Source: a virus (Duplodnaviria > Caudoviricetes). From it: a DNA stretch of 64,000 nucleotides. How positions within the stretch are numbered: position 1 is the first letter of the stretch; each line of letters starts with the position of its first letter. The translations under genes and the position numbers were made by a program. Location: IMG/VR virus record IMGVR_UViG_2831987924_000001; one strand, given 5' to 3'. This document shows, in pieces, positions 1-8,325 of the stretch. Under the pieces are notes generated by a model. That model was given only the letters and a program-made list of their open reading frames with translations, ran no database searches and was not told the DNA's origin.

Positions 1-1281
1 TGCCATTGTTAAAGCAAAGTTTTCAATATGCTCGGACAGTGGTGCGCTTTTGTATAAATCGCTTGCTTGTACATCAATACGTCCTTCGTATTTTCCACCG
101 TCTTCCCATTCGACGCGGAAAGCTGTTTTGTCATATCCACCAGTGTCTTTTCTAAAAGCTATATCTTTTATAATTTTGTTAGCTTCTTCCCATGTTGTAA
201 CGGTTGTGTCGTCTTTAATTACTGGTGATTCAGACCATAAAAATGTAATTGATTTTACTTTAATTTTTTGCGTTTGTTCTTTTTCAGTTTGTAACCGTTC
301 TTTTGCTTGTTGCGTGTTATCGTGTTCCGATTCGGTTACATATTCGGACTTTAGGATATTAAAAAGTTCGCTATTTTGTAAAGCATTAACGGCATTGTAA
401 ACGTCAATAGGTTGCACAAATGAATATTTGTTATTCTCTTTGACGTCATAGTAGGCATTTTGCAAAGTAACGATATAAGGTTTCAAGTCTGTCATACGCA
501 GAGCGTCATTAAACGGTCTATTTGTTGCGATTAAATCAATAAGTGATTTATGGGCATTGTAAGCGTCCGCTAATGTTTCGACTTGTTGTGGATCTTGTTG
601 CTCTTCCGACTGTTCCGCTACTTCTTCCATTTGTTCTTTTGCCTCACCTGCTAACATTTTCGCGAATTGTAAACGATCAGCAGTTTGTTTTGCATACCAT
701 ATTTTTTTGTATTTACTCCAGCGAAAACCTTGCGCCTTTAGCTCGTTTCTTACTTCTTCACTTGGTATGCTTGTAAAAGAAATTTCGATGCCGTTTAATT
801 GTTCGTTTAGTGTGTATTTAGCTTGTGCTTCTGAATGTCGCGGCTCTTGTTGGGCTTCTTTTGGTTGTTTCGGCTGTTCTTGTTGAGCTTCTTTTTGGCT
901 CTCAAGTGCTTCTAAATACTCTAAATACATTTTTTCGGCTGTTTCGTTAAATGCTCTATAATAGCAAGCGCGGTCATTTAAATAAGATTCACCATAATTT
1001 GCGCGGACTTCCGTTTCAATTTTGTTTTTTAGTTCGTTAGTCCATTCTTGACGAGTGAAAACGAATAAATTACCACCTGACAGAATTTCACCTGTTACTT
1101 CGCAACGTTGCACTTGTTCATATTTTGAAATGACTTCTTCGACGGCTTTTTCTGTAGGGAAATTGGTCCATCTAACATTGATCGAGCCGGAACGTTCGCA
1201 ACGTACAGAAAACTTTGTAAAAGGAAATTTTTCTTTTAACTCTTGACGGATTTTTTTAGCTGTTTCTTTTGTGTTCATCAT
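1..1281 (-). CDS. Polyvalent protein with N-terminal LPD29-like and C-terminal LPD25-like domains (3' end runs off the window; absent from ORF track)
   Basis: Manual translation: MMNTKETAKKIRQELKEKFPFTKFSVRCERSGSINVRW... ...LNGIEISFTSIPSEEVRNELKAQGFRWS... ...KSITFLWSESPVIKDDTTVTTWEEANKII...GGYDKTAFRVEWEDGGKYEGRIDV. GGAGG SD at 1291-1295. Domain names come from motif recall. Confidence 0.8.
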   Translation of the reverse strand, partial: MMNTKETAKKIRQELKEKFPFTKFSVRCERSGSINVRWTNFPTEKAVEEVISKYEQVQRCEVTGEILSGGNLFVFTRQEWTNELKNKIETEVRANYGESYLNDRACYYRAFNETAEKMYLEYLEALESQKEAQQEQPKQPKEAQQEPRHSEAQAKYTLNEQLNGIEISFTSIPSEEVRNELKAQGFRWSKYKKIWYAKQTADRLQFAKMLAGEAKEQMEEVAEQSEEQQDPQQVETLADAYNAHKSLIDLIATNRPFNDALRMTDLKPYIVTLQNAYYDVKENNKYSFVQPIDVYNAVNALQNSELFNILKSEYVTESEHDNTQQAKERLQTEKEQTQKIKVKSITFLWSESPVIKDDTTVTTWEEANKIIKDIAFRKDTGGYDKTAFRVEWEDGGKYEGRIDVQASDLYKSAPLSEHIENFALTMA

Positions 1282-1320
1282 AATTAACTACCTCCATATA
1301 ATTTATTATAATTTACTTAA

Positions 1321-1349
1321 ATTATATCATGGTCATTTAATAAAATCAA
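1321..1349 (-). promoter_or_regulatory. sigmaA promoter
   Basis: TTGATT-17-TATAAT with extended TG. Confidence 0.85.
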
Positions 1350-1377
1350 CTTTTTATATAAAACAAAAGCCCACTCT

Positions 1378-1602
1378 TTAAGAGTGGACAGTGTACGGGA
1401 TAGCGTAGTTATTTGCAATCATTTTAATACCTCTTGCTTCTTCTTGCGTTTTTGGGTAAACGGTTAATGTTTGACGATCTCCTTTTATGCTTAAATATCC
1501 ATATCCTTCCCTAATCTCTTTTAGACCTTCTCTCACATTGTTGCGCCAAATTTTAAACTCCTTGTCATTGTTACGTTTAATTTTTTTAAGTACGATCATC
1601 AT
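1378..1602 (-). CDS. Early-region hypothetical protein (74 aa)
   Basis: ORF with AGGAGA SD, own promoter upstream and hairpin terminator at the stop. Confidence 0.75.
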   Translation of the reverse strand: MMIVLKKIKRNNDKEFKIWRNNVREGLKEIREGYGYLSIKGDRQTLTVYPKTQEEARGIKMIANNYAIPYTVHS

Positions 1603-1643
1603 TTAAACCATCTCCTTTATTATTATATTTTCCCTACAAGTAC

Positions 1644-1672
1644 ATTATAAACCTGCTAATTACTAAAGTCAA
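1644..1672 (-). promoter_or_regulatory. sigmaA promoter
   Basis: TTGACT-17-TATAAT. Confidence 0.85.
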
Positions 1673-1936
1673 CGACTAAATTATAAAAGTAACATCGTTT
1701 TCAACGCACATAAACGGCTTATTTTCGCATTTTGCAGCGTTTAAATGGTATAGCATTAGGGTACTATCTAAAACGCAAAATTGGGCGATTTTAAGCGTAT
1801 GGGAGCGTGTGAAGTGGATAGGTGAAGGGAAACAAAATGATTGGCTGAATGTGAAAAAATAATAAAAGCAACCTTCTACCATATTGGCAAAAGGTTGCTC
1901 GTTATGGTGGGAATATGTACATTGTATCAGCTCCAG

Positions 1937-2146
1937 TCATACGATTAGGAAGTATTCTTTCAAGCGATGTTTAGCAAGTAACCGATCTATAACTGGCTCT
2001 ACTTCTTCCGCATAGGCAAGCTCCTTAATTTCATCATCGGTTAGGTTTGGGTAGACTTCATTTATTAAAAATTCGTATGCTTCTTTTAGTTCCTCGCGCT
2101 CCTTTTTAATTGCGTAATATGATGAAAAGTTATAGATGATCGCCAT
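1937..2146 (-). CDS. Early-region hypothetical protein
   Basis: MAIIYNFSSYY start with GAGGT SD. Confidence 0.7.
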   Translation of the reverse strand: MAIIYNFSSYYAIKKEREELKEAYEFLINEVYPNLTDDEIKELAYAEEVEPVIDRLLAKHRLKEYFLIV

Positions 2147-2185
2147 TTTTATTACCTCACTTTCCATATTATATTTTTCAATATT

Positions 2186-2214
2186 ATTATATTGTTTTCC
2201 ATTTCAAAAATCAA
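2186..2214 (-). promoter_or_regulatory. sigmaA promoter
   Basis: TTGATT-17-TATAAT. Confidence 0.85.
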
Positions 2215-2254
2215 CCATTTTTTATATTTTGATACAAAAAATTAACCGATCTTT

Positions 2255-2449
2255 TTATGATCGGTCGAGAATTCCTTGCTTAATATTGTTAATCCAGTCC
2301 TCAACATCTAAATATAAATCATCGAATGATTTTTCAAACGGATACCATTCGGCGAATAAATCAGCGTCAATGTTTTCGCTTTCGACTTCCTCCATTAATT
2401 GTAACCATGCTTTTTTAAAGTTTTCTAATGCTTGTAATGTATGGTTCAA
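2255..2449 (-). CDS. Small acidic hypothetical protein (64 aa)
   Basis: ORF with AAGGAGTG SD. Confidence 0.7.
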   Translation of the reverse strand: MNHTLQALENFKKAWLQLMEEVESENIDADLFAEWYPFEKSFDDLYLDVEDWINNIKQGILDRS

Positions 2450-2517
2450 TTTTATTCACTCCTTTTTTATATAAAATCGTGTTTTTATCGTACCTATGAG
2501 GGATTAAAACTCGGGAT

Positions 2518-2820
2518 TCACTGACGCAATCGGTCACTCCAAAACAGTAAACGTTCTTTCCACAAATCTTTATCGCAAACTCGCAAAGTATTGTTTTTGT
2601 CATAGTAGGCGACAATGTCGCCCATGTCGAGGGCAACATCCCAAATATTGTCATTGTTATTCCAATTGATTTCCCATCCTCCTTCCCAGTCCGAGAAATC
2701 ATCATTAAGAGATGAAGCGTTAAGAAAGCAATATAAAGTTCGTTCATCAACCGGAAAAACTCCTTTTTCCGTGATAACCGCATCATAAGCTCCCGTATGG
2801 ACATAAATTGCTTGATACAT
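2518..2820 (-). CDS. Acidic hypothetical protein (100 aa)
   Basis: ORF with AGGAGA SD. Confidence 0.75.
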   Translation of the reverse strand: MYQAIYVHTGAYDAVITEKGVFPVDERTLYCFLNASSLNDDFSDWEGGWEINWNNNDNIWDVALDMGDIVAYYDKNNTLRVCDKDLWKERLLFWSDRLRQ

Positions 2821-2932
2821 GTTATCATCTCCTTTTTTTAAATTGTAATAAAATCAATGTCTAAAACACTTTTTAGACACTCATTTTATTACAATTCGCT
2901 TGCAGGGAATTCAATCCCTGCAAGCTATGGAA

Positions 2933-3142
2933 TTATTGCATAACTATGCTTGTCACATACTTATAATAAACATTGTTATATTCATCTGTTTTTTCTTCAA
3001 ACAGATGAGCAAACTTTTTCCCGTGTGCTTTCGCTTCTTCTCTTGCTTCGTCAGTGTCTTCGACAATTTGATAATAGAGCTCTGCTCCTTCTTCAATTCG
3101 ATCAACGGCGAATTGTGAATTATAAGTGTAGATTGCGAACAT
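2933..3142 (-). CDS. Hypothetical protein
   Basis: MFAIYTYNSQF start with AGGAGTG SD. Confidence 0.7.
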   Translation of the reverse strand: MFAIYTYNSQFAVDRIEEGAELYYQIVEDTDEAREEAKAHGKKFAHLFEEKTDEYNNVYYKYVTSIVMQ

Positions 3143-3266
3143 TTTAAACACTCCTTTTTTTAATTTATTTTTTTTGGGATCACTCACCTTATCGTCGGCA
3201 CAAGCTCCCTTATGCCGACTGTAAGAGAAGCGATCATTTTTAAAAGTGCACGTCTACCAGCAACGG

Positions 3267-3725
3267 TCAGCGATCAGTATAATCAATGATCACATACTCA
3301 TCCGGTCGATATTCAACTGTGATGGGACGGATGCGGACGTGCAAGCTTGTCGGTGTGTATTCATCCGTATAGACGATGCCATCGTATTCTTCACCGTCCC
3401 AAGCGTCATGAGACAACCCGACAAGCTCCCCTGTCCGCTGGGAGCGGATAAGCCGGACATCGCGGAACGGTGAGCGGATTTCAAACCATTCTGCCAATTC
3501 GTTCGGGAAACCCAATTCTTCCCATAGTTCGACTACCGCGTCGAAATCATCTTCTTCTGCTGGAAAATTCGCCGGATTGTCGTTCAATCCACACCAGACG
3601 AAATCAGCTGTCCGGTTCTCAAAGTCGATAGTCACGTATACAACGTCGTCGCCGCGGACTTGATCAAGCCGGTCGGCTTCGGCTTCAAAGTATTTGCGAG
3701 CATCAACAGAAAATTGGACTTTCAT
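3267..3725 (-). CDS. Acidic hypothetical protein (152 aa), visibly GC-richer than its neighbours
   Basis: ORF with GGAGGT SD. Confidence 0.75.
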   Translation of the reverse strand: MKVQFSVDARKYFEAEADRLDQVRGDDVVYVTIDFENRTADFVWCGLNDNPANFPAEEDDFDAVVELWEELGFPNELAEWFEIRSPFRDVRLIRSQRTGELVGLSHDAWDGEEYDGIVYTDEYTPTSLHVRIRPITVEYRPDEYVIIDYTDR

Positions 3726-3815
3726 AACTTTCTACCTCCATTCATCGTTCCCAAAAATGCTTCCATTTTTAAATTTCCCCTTTCGATTTTTAATTTTTTT
3801 AACCTTTCTGATTAT

Positions 3816-3844
3816 AGTATATCACCATTTTATTTAGCTGTCAA
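3816..3844 (-). promoter_or_regulatory. sigmaA promoter
   Basis: TTGACA-17-TATACT with extended TG. Confidence 0.85.
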
Positions 3845-3894
3845 CAATATTTTTTATTATATTTTAGTCGAATTGATCTCATGAAATACTGATT

Positions 3895-4311
3895 TTATTT
3901 AGAGTTATGAAAATCAATAAATTCATTTAACTTGTATATTGACCATTTATAACAATCTGTTAATTTTTGATATTTGTCATGCATACTACACATGTTGTTA
4001 ATATCTTCATTTTCTAATTTTAATAAATCTGTTTCAAGTTCTTTTGCATCCTTATACCAGTCCAAATAAATAATAGAGCATCTAATATAATAATCACCTT
4101 CATAATGTTTAAATAAATGTAATTCCGGTAAATTTCTTTTGATCAACTTAACGGTTAACAATGTATCAGTGATTCTATAAAATTCATTTGCTGAAATCGT
4201 AAATAATTCATTAAAGTTTGTGATTTCTTTAAATTTAGGCTTAAATGTTGGATTATCAAAAATAGTCATCCCGTTTTTCGTGTAGTTAAATGAAAATATT
4301 GCACTTAGCAT
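3895..4311 (-). CDS. Hypothetical protein (138 aa)
   Basis: ORF with GGAGGT SD. Confidence 0.75.
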   Translation of the reverse strand: MLSAIFSFNYTKNGMTIFDNPTFKPKFKEITNFNELFTISANEFYRITDTLLTVKLIKRNLPELHLFKHYEGDYYIRCSIIYLDWYKDAKELETDLLKLENEDINNMCSMHDKYQKLTDCYKWSIYKLNEFIDFHNSK

Positions 4312-4404
4312 TGTGAAGACCTCCTATAAAATCATTTTAAAGTTGATAAATTTAGTTAGGTTGCAGGTGTTCGGCTGTTATTGTGAACACCTGCAGAAAT
4401 GGTG

Positions 4405-4617
4405 TCACATCATCACCGCTTGATCTTGCAACGCATAGAATTTCTCTTTGTCAAAGCCATATTCGCGTTTAAGTCTGTTATACAGCTTATTCATTTTATA
4501 AGTGTATTCTTGCTGCTTTCGCTCCTGCTTCTCAAAGTGTTCAATTGTGCCATCCCATTGATATTCTTGCAATTCATCCATCCATTTTCTAATAAGTAAA
4601 GCGTAGACTTTCATCAT
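4405..4617 (-). CDS. Hypothetical protein (70 aa)
   Basis: ORF with AGGAGA SD. Confidence 0.7.
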   Translation of the reverse strand: MMKVYALLIRKWMDELQEYQWDGTIEHFEKQERKQQEYTYKMNKLYNRLKREYGFDKEKFYALQDQAVMM

Positions 4618-4651
4618 TAATGATCATCTCCTTTTTTTAATGCTTTAAGTA

Positions 4652-4822
4652 TTAAAACAGAATCATGTCGCCGTATTGCTGTTTATATGCTTCGTATTCA
4701 TCCGGCATAATTGAGTAGCATTTTTCCATTTTTACCTTAATGCCTAGACCATTGATCATTTTGTCAATGTAAGCATTCATTTCCTTTTTGTCATCCCATT
4801 GTGATACGTTGATAATAATCAT
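4652..4822 (-). CDS. Small hypothetical protein (56 aa, below ORF-track cutoff)
   Basis: MIIINVSQWDDKKEMNAYIDKMINGLG... with AGGAGTG SD. Confidence 0.7.
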   Translation of the reverse strand: MIIINVSQWDDKKEMNAYIDKMINGLGIKVKMEKCYSIMPDEYEAYKQQYGDMILF

Positions 4823-4873
4823 TCTAAACACTCCTTTTTATAATTTTCTTTAAAAGTAATATTTTATCGGCTT

Positions 4874-4936
4874 GCCATCGTCAGGTAGCAAGTTGCCATC
4901 TTGCTACGACAAGGGAATAACTTCCCTTGTTTCGGC
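4874..4936 (-). ncRNA. Type II hammerhead ribozyme
   Basis: Minus strand reads gcc-GAAA-caagggaa(guua)uucccuug-UC-guagcaag(auggcaa)cuugcuac-CUGACGA-u-ggc. Full catalytic core, perfect stems I and III, 3-bp stem II, GUC cleavage triplet at 4910-4908. Confidence 0.8.
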
Positions 4937-5101
4937 TTATTCTTCGAAAAATTCATCGAGTAAACGATCAAATTCATATATATTAAATTCATGCATATTA
5001 ATTTGATTAACCATTTCACCAGTCATTTCCTCTTTGTCACGAACGAATTCTTCTACACGGTCAGAAATCGAAAAGTTTAAACGTGTAAATTCTTTTTTCA
5101 T
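4937..5101 (-). CDS. Small acidic hypothetical protein (54 aa)
   Basis: MKKEFTRLNFSISDRVEEF...DEFFEE with AGGAGG SD; its stop codon abuts the hammerhead. Confidence 0.7.
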   Translation of the reverse strand: MKKEFTRLNFSISDRVEEFVRDKEEMTGEMVNQINMHEFNIYEFDRLLDEFFEE

Positions 5102-5127
5102 TTTTTCATTTCCTCCTTATAATTTTT

Positions 5128-5253
5128 AATAAAAACCAAACAACAGCCAGCAAACTGTCGTCGCGTGACCGTCACATGTATTATGGTGCTGCTCCCTCTT
5201 TCGAGATCGTCGCCAGCTCCGCTCGGTTTATTGGCTCTTGTTTAGTTTTTATT
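5128..5253 (-). ncRNA. Candidate structured RNA / 5' leader
   Basis: About 30-bp imperfect closing stem around a GC-rich core with a GAAA tetraloop and tandem GA pairs, just downstream of a sigmaA promoter. Confidence 0.55.
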
Positions 5254-5269
5254 GCCTTATCTGATTATT

Positions 5270-5298
5270 ATTATACAGGTGATTAGGTGATAAGTCAA
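5270..5298 (-). promoter_or_regulatory. sigmaA promoter
   Basis: TTGACT-17-TATAAT. Confidence 0.85.
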
Positions 5299-5360
5299 TA
5301 GTTTTTTATATTTTAGTTAGATTTTTTGAATAGATCAAAGCAATAAAAAATGACTAGCGG

Positions 5361-5531
5361 TCAGCTAGTCTTTAAATAATCCATCATTGCAATATATGCT
5401 ATTGCGTCAGCATCTTGCAGGCTTTCACCTGCTTCTATGCATGCCTTGTATACAATGTTAGAAGCTTGTTGCATCGTTGATCCTGTTTCCATCGCTTCCA
5501 TAAAGATTTTCAGCGCTTTTTCGTGTGTCAT
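5361..5531 (-). CDS. Small hypothetical protein (56 aa)
   Basis: MTHEKALKIFMEAMETG... with GGAGG SD; ATGA overlap with the upstream gene; terminator hairpin at the stop. Confidence 0.65.
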   Translation of the reverse strand: MTHEKALKIFMEAMETGSTMQQASNIVYKACIEAGESLQDADAIAYIAMMDYLKTS

Positions 5532-6070
5532 TGTGAAACCTCCTTCATCATCTGGTAAACTTCTTCCTTCTCATCATCCGAAACATCATATATAGATGTT
5601 ATGCCTTCCTCTTTAATATATTTGTATATTTTGTATATCTTTTGATCGGCTTCAAGAAAACTGATCAGAACTTCTTTTTCATGTCGTTTTGGTTTAACTC
5701 TTAATACGATGTCAAAGAAGTGTATTATATCTAATTCATACAATCCATTTGCATATGCAAGTTTGACTATTTCTAATTTTTCCGCAAACGAAAGTTTTTT
5801 ATAAATTACTTCTGCTTGCTTGCGGCTGATAAAGTTTTTTTGTTCATAATAGCGACAAACCGACTGTATAAATTGATCATTATGATGTTTAACAGCTTCA
5901 TAAATTGCTTTAGCTTTGACTCGAGCAACGAACAGCCGGAATTTTTCTTGTTCAATTTTCATGCGTTCAATCTCCGGCAACGCGACGCGCTTCCAACATT
6001 CTTTTCCGTATGGTCGACCATTCCAAAAAAGCGGTTTTTCGATTGGACGATTACAAGCGGCACATTTCAT
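5528..6070 (-). CDS. Hypothetical protein with N-terminal Cys motif (possible zinc finger)
   Basis: CAACNRP...YGKEC; AGGAG SD. Confidence 0.75.
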   Translation of the reverse strand: MKCAACNRPIEKPLFWNGRPYGKECWKRVALPEIERMKIEQEKFRLFVARVKAKAIYEAVKHHNDQFIQSVCRYYEQKNFISRKQAEVIYKKLSFAEKLEIVKLAYANGLYELDIIHFFDIVLRVKPKRHEKEVLISFLEADQKIYKIYKYIKEEGITSIYDVSDDEKEEVYQMMKEVSQ

Positions 6071-6106
6071 AATTTGTCGCTCCTTTTATATATTTTACTT
6101 ACTTAT

Positions 6107-6135
6107 ATTATACACTTATATCATATAAATATCAA
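6107..6135 (-). promoter_or_regulatory. sigmaA promoter
   Basis: TTGATA-17-TATAAT. Confidence 0.85.
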
Positions 6136-6155
6136 TACTTTTATAATTTAGTTAA

Positions 6156-6185
6156 ATAAAAAATGGCTAGCAATTAGCTAGCCAT
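6156..6185 (-). terminator. Rho-independent terminator
   Basis: ATGGCTAGC/GCTAGCCAT hairpin followed by a T-run on the minus strand. Confidence 0.75.
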
Positions 6186-6617
6186 ATCAAGTGGAATCAT
6201 ATTATGTTTAATAAGTAAATCTAAATGTTGATTTTCGATATATTGCCATTCATTAGCATAAATTAGGTTAATCAAATCAACAAGTATCAATTCTTCGTTT
6301 TTTGTTAATTGGTTTCTGAATTTACTCCATAGTTTACGAGCTTCTTTTGTAGACATTTGCTTTAATACGTTCATTGCCTGCTTTCTTTGCTCCTCTTTTT
6401 GTTCCATTTCATTTTTTACAAATCCTAATTGCTCCAGCTCTTTAGATACTTTTACAAAATCCTTTTTTCCGTGAATCCATTCAGGAATTTCTATGCCTGC
6501 TTGTAAGTGTCTTTTAATGAATAAATCCCATGCAGCATGCGGATCGTTGTTAGTTTTTAAAAGATATTCGGTTACTTCTTCACGCATCCACTTCATTTGT
6601 AATTTATTACGTCTCAT
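6174..6617 (-). CDS. Hypothetical protein (147 aa)
   Basis: ORF with AGGAGA SD. Confidence 0.75.
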   Translation of the reverse strand: MRRNKLQMKWMREEVTEYLLKTNNDPHAAWDLFIKRHLQAGIEIPEWIHGKKDFVKVSKELEQLGFVKNEMEQKEEQRKQAMNVLKQMSTKEARKLWSKFRNQLTKNEELILVDLINLIYANEWQYIENQHLDLLIKHNMIPLDMAS

Positions 6618-6670
6618 TATGTACCATCTCCTTTAGATTTATTATAATTTTATTAATTCCTTTACTTATA

Positions 6671-6699
6671 ATTATAATGTTTATTGTGATGGATGTAAA
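6671..6699 (-). promoter_or_regulatory. sigmaA promoter
   Basis: TTTACA-17-TATAAT. Confidence 0.75.
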
Positions 6700-6720
6700 G
6701 GATATTTATATAATTTAGAT

Positions 6721-6758
6721 AAATAAAAATGACTTTCGGCGCTCTTTGCCGAAAGTCA
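6721..6758 (-). terminator. Rho-independent terminator
   Basis: TGACTTTCGGC/GCCGAAAGTCA hairpin plus T-run. Confidence 0.75.
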
Positions 6759-6949
6759 CGAATGACGAAACGCGAAGCGTAGCGAGCGTTGAGTTATGAG
6801 GAGAAAGGAAAAGAGTAGCGGGAAGGTGCTACTCTTGGATAGATAAAAATTTGGCTAATTACTTTCCTAATTAAGTAAAATATAAAAAAATGAACATTTA
6901 AAGGTTATTAATACTCATCTAGTATATATAAGGTTATATTGTTCAATTT

Positions 6950-8164
6950 TTAAAATTTATGATCGAGTCGCTTCTTATCTTTATCAATCAATGTTTCTGT
7001 AAGTGTTTTAGTGTTTTCTATATACTTTTCATTTCTTCTAGCAAGCAATAGCTCGTTTTTGTTTTCGGGAAAATAATTAAAGTCGAAAAATATATCATCA
7101 ATTTCCTTTGCTTTTTGGTGACGCTTTTCAGCATTTTCTATTATGCGTTCTTTAACAGCGTTATTAAGTAATTCCTCATAGATTGCCTTTTGCATTACTT
7201 CCAGTTTATTATGTATTAATTCCTTATCTCTGTTTATGTATTTGCGATTTAATACGATATAATAAGCGTCATAATAATAAAGGATATTAGCACGCTCGAA
7301 AAGAATGTCATTTACTTCTTTATAAAATTTATTAGCTAATCCCTTTTTATATAATTCTCTTATATAATATTTTTTCTCTTTTTCTTGTTTAGTTGCTTCT
7401 TTATAGTAATTAGTTGTATCTATACCATACTTTTCAAGTATTTCTTTTTCAGTTTCCATGATTAATTCTATTTCTTCATCGTTTGCCTTTTTGTATCGAT
7501 GTACTGGCTTTGTTGGATTAGATGGCTCGTATATATATTGTTCTCCTTCAATTTCTTGATCATTGTAAATCGGTTTTTTGTATCTCTTTACTTTTACCTT
7601 GCCTAGTTCATTTATTTCTATTTGTGAATCTAAATAACATATTGCGGTTACATATGACCAATGTGCCAGTGATTGTTGACGTAAACGTCTTAATGCGGTT
7701 TCTATATTGCTTGTAAGTGTATTATTCGATGATTCGTAGAAATCTTTTATTTCTTCCTCTGAAATATTTATGTATTCAGATAGTTTATTAGTTTTGTCAC
7801 GATAAAATAAGTAATTAGTATTAATCATTTTTAATAAGTATAAAAGTTTACTTTTTGAAAGTAATAACGTTCGTTGTTCCTGTTCCGCATATTCTGCAAA
7901 GAGATTAAGAAGTAATATTTCTATGTAATCAATATAATAAGCTGCATTGTTGCCTAATATACGCTTATCGTCTCTTTCTTTTGGCTCGTTGTATATTTCA
8001 GTAATGATAAATTTGTGACCGTCTTTTGTATATGAGAAATAGCGTTCCCATTCTTTTAATTGTGCTTTCTTGGAGTTTCCTGCCATTACTTTTTCACCTA
8101 ATACGCTGCAAAGTTCTTTGTAGTTTTTAAATGTTTGACCTGCTTTGATGTTGGATAGATTCAT
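6950..8164 (-). CDS. Conserved phage DNA-binding protein, possible replication initiator (404 aa)
   Basis: N-terminal GQTFKNYKELCSVLGEK...GNSKKAQLKEWERYF motif recalled from large Bacillus phages; function is inference. Confidence 0.6.
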   Translation of the reverse strand: MNLSNIKAGQTFKNYKELCSVLGEKVMAGNSKKAQLKEWERYFSYTKDGHKFIITEIYNEPKERDDKRILGNNAAYYIDYIEILLLNLFAEYAEQEQRTLLLSKSKLLYLLKMINTNYLFYRDKTNKLSEYINISEEEIKDFYESSNNTLTSNIETALRRLRQQSLAHWSYVTAICYLDSQIEINELGKVKVKRYKKPIYNDQEIEGEQYIYEPSNPTKPVHRYKKANDEEIELIMETEKEILEKYGIDTTNYYKEATKQEKEKKYYIRELYKKGLANKFYKEVNDILFERANILYYYDAYYIVLNRKYINRDKELIHNKLEVMQKAIYEELLNNAVKERIIENAEKRHQKAKEIDDIFFDFNYFPENKNELLLARRNEKYIENTKTLTETLIDKDKKRLDHKF

Positions 8165-8250
8165 GAATCAACCTCCTTTTATTATATTTTAGTTTGGTGT
8201 TTGGTTTTATTGGTGTTTAATGATCACTACTTTCTATGTGCCTAAAGTTT

Positions 8251-8280
8251 ATTGTATAATAAAATGATGGTTGGTGTCAA
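8251..8280 (-). promoter_or_regulatory. sigmaA promoter
   Basis: TTGACA-18-TACAAT. Confidence 0.7.
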
Positions 8281-8325
8281 TGGTATTTTATAATTTGGTT
8301 AAATAAAAAAAAGCTAGTCGAGTGA

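Noticed and set aside
50-1246. Plus-strand ORFs 50-400, 543-776 and 1055-1246, and similar antisense ORFs across the window
   Set aside because: They are shadows of real genes on the other strand, with no SD and atypical composition.
5185-5220. GAAA hairpin followed by AGCAG, resembling SRP RNA helix 8
   Set aside because: The required CAGG on the 5' side is absent (it reads GACGA) and nothing else fits SRP; kept only as an unknown structured RNA.
6755-6800. Hammerhead-like stem II-GAAA-stem III-GUA on the plus strand
   Set aside because: No CUGAnGA and no stem I, and it lies on the strand opposite the local genes.
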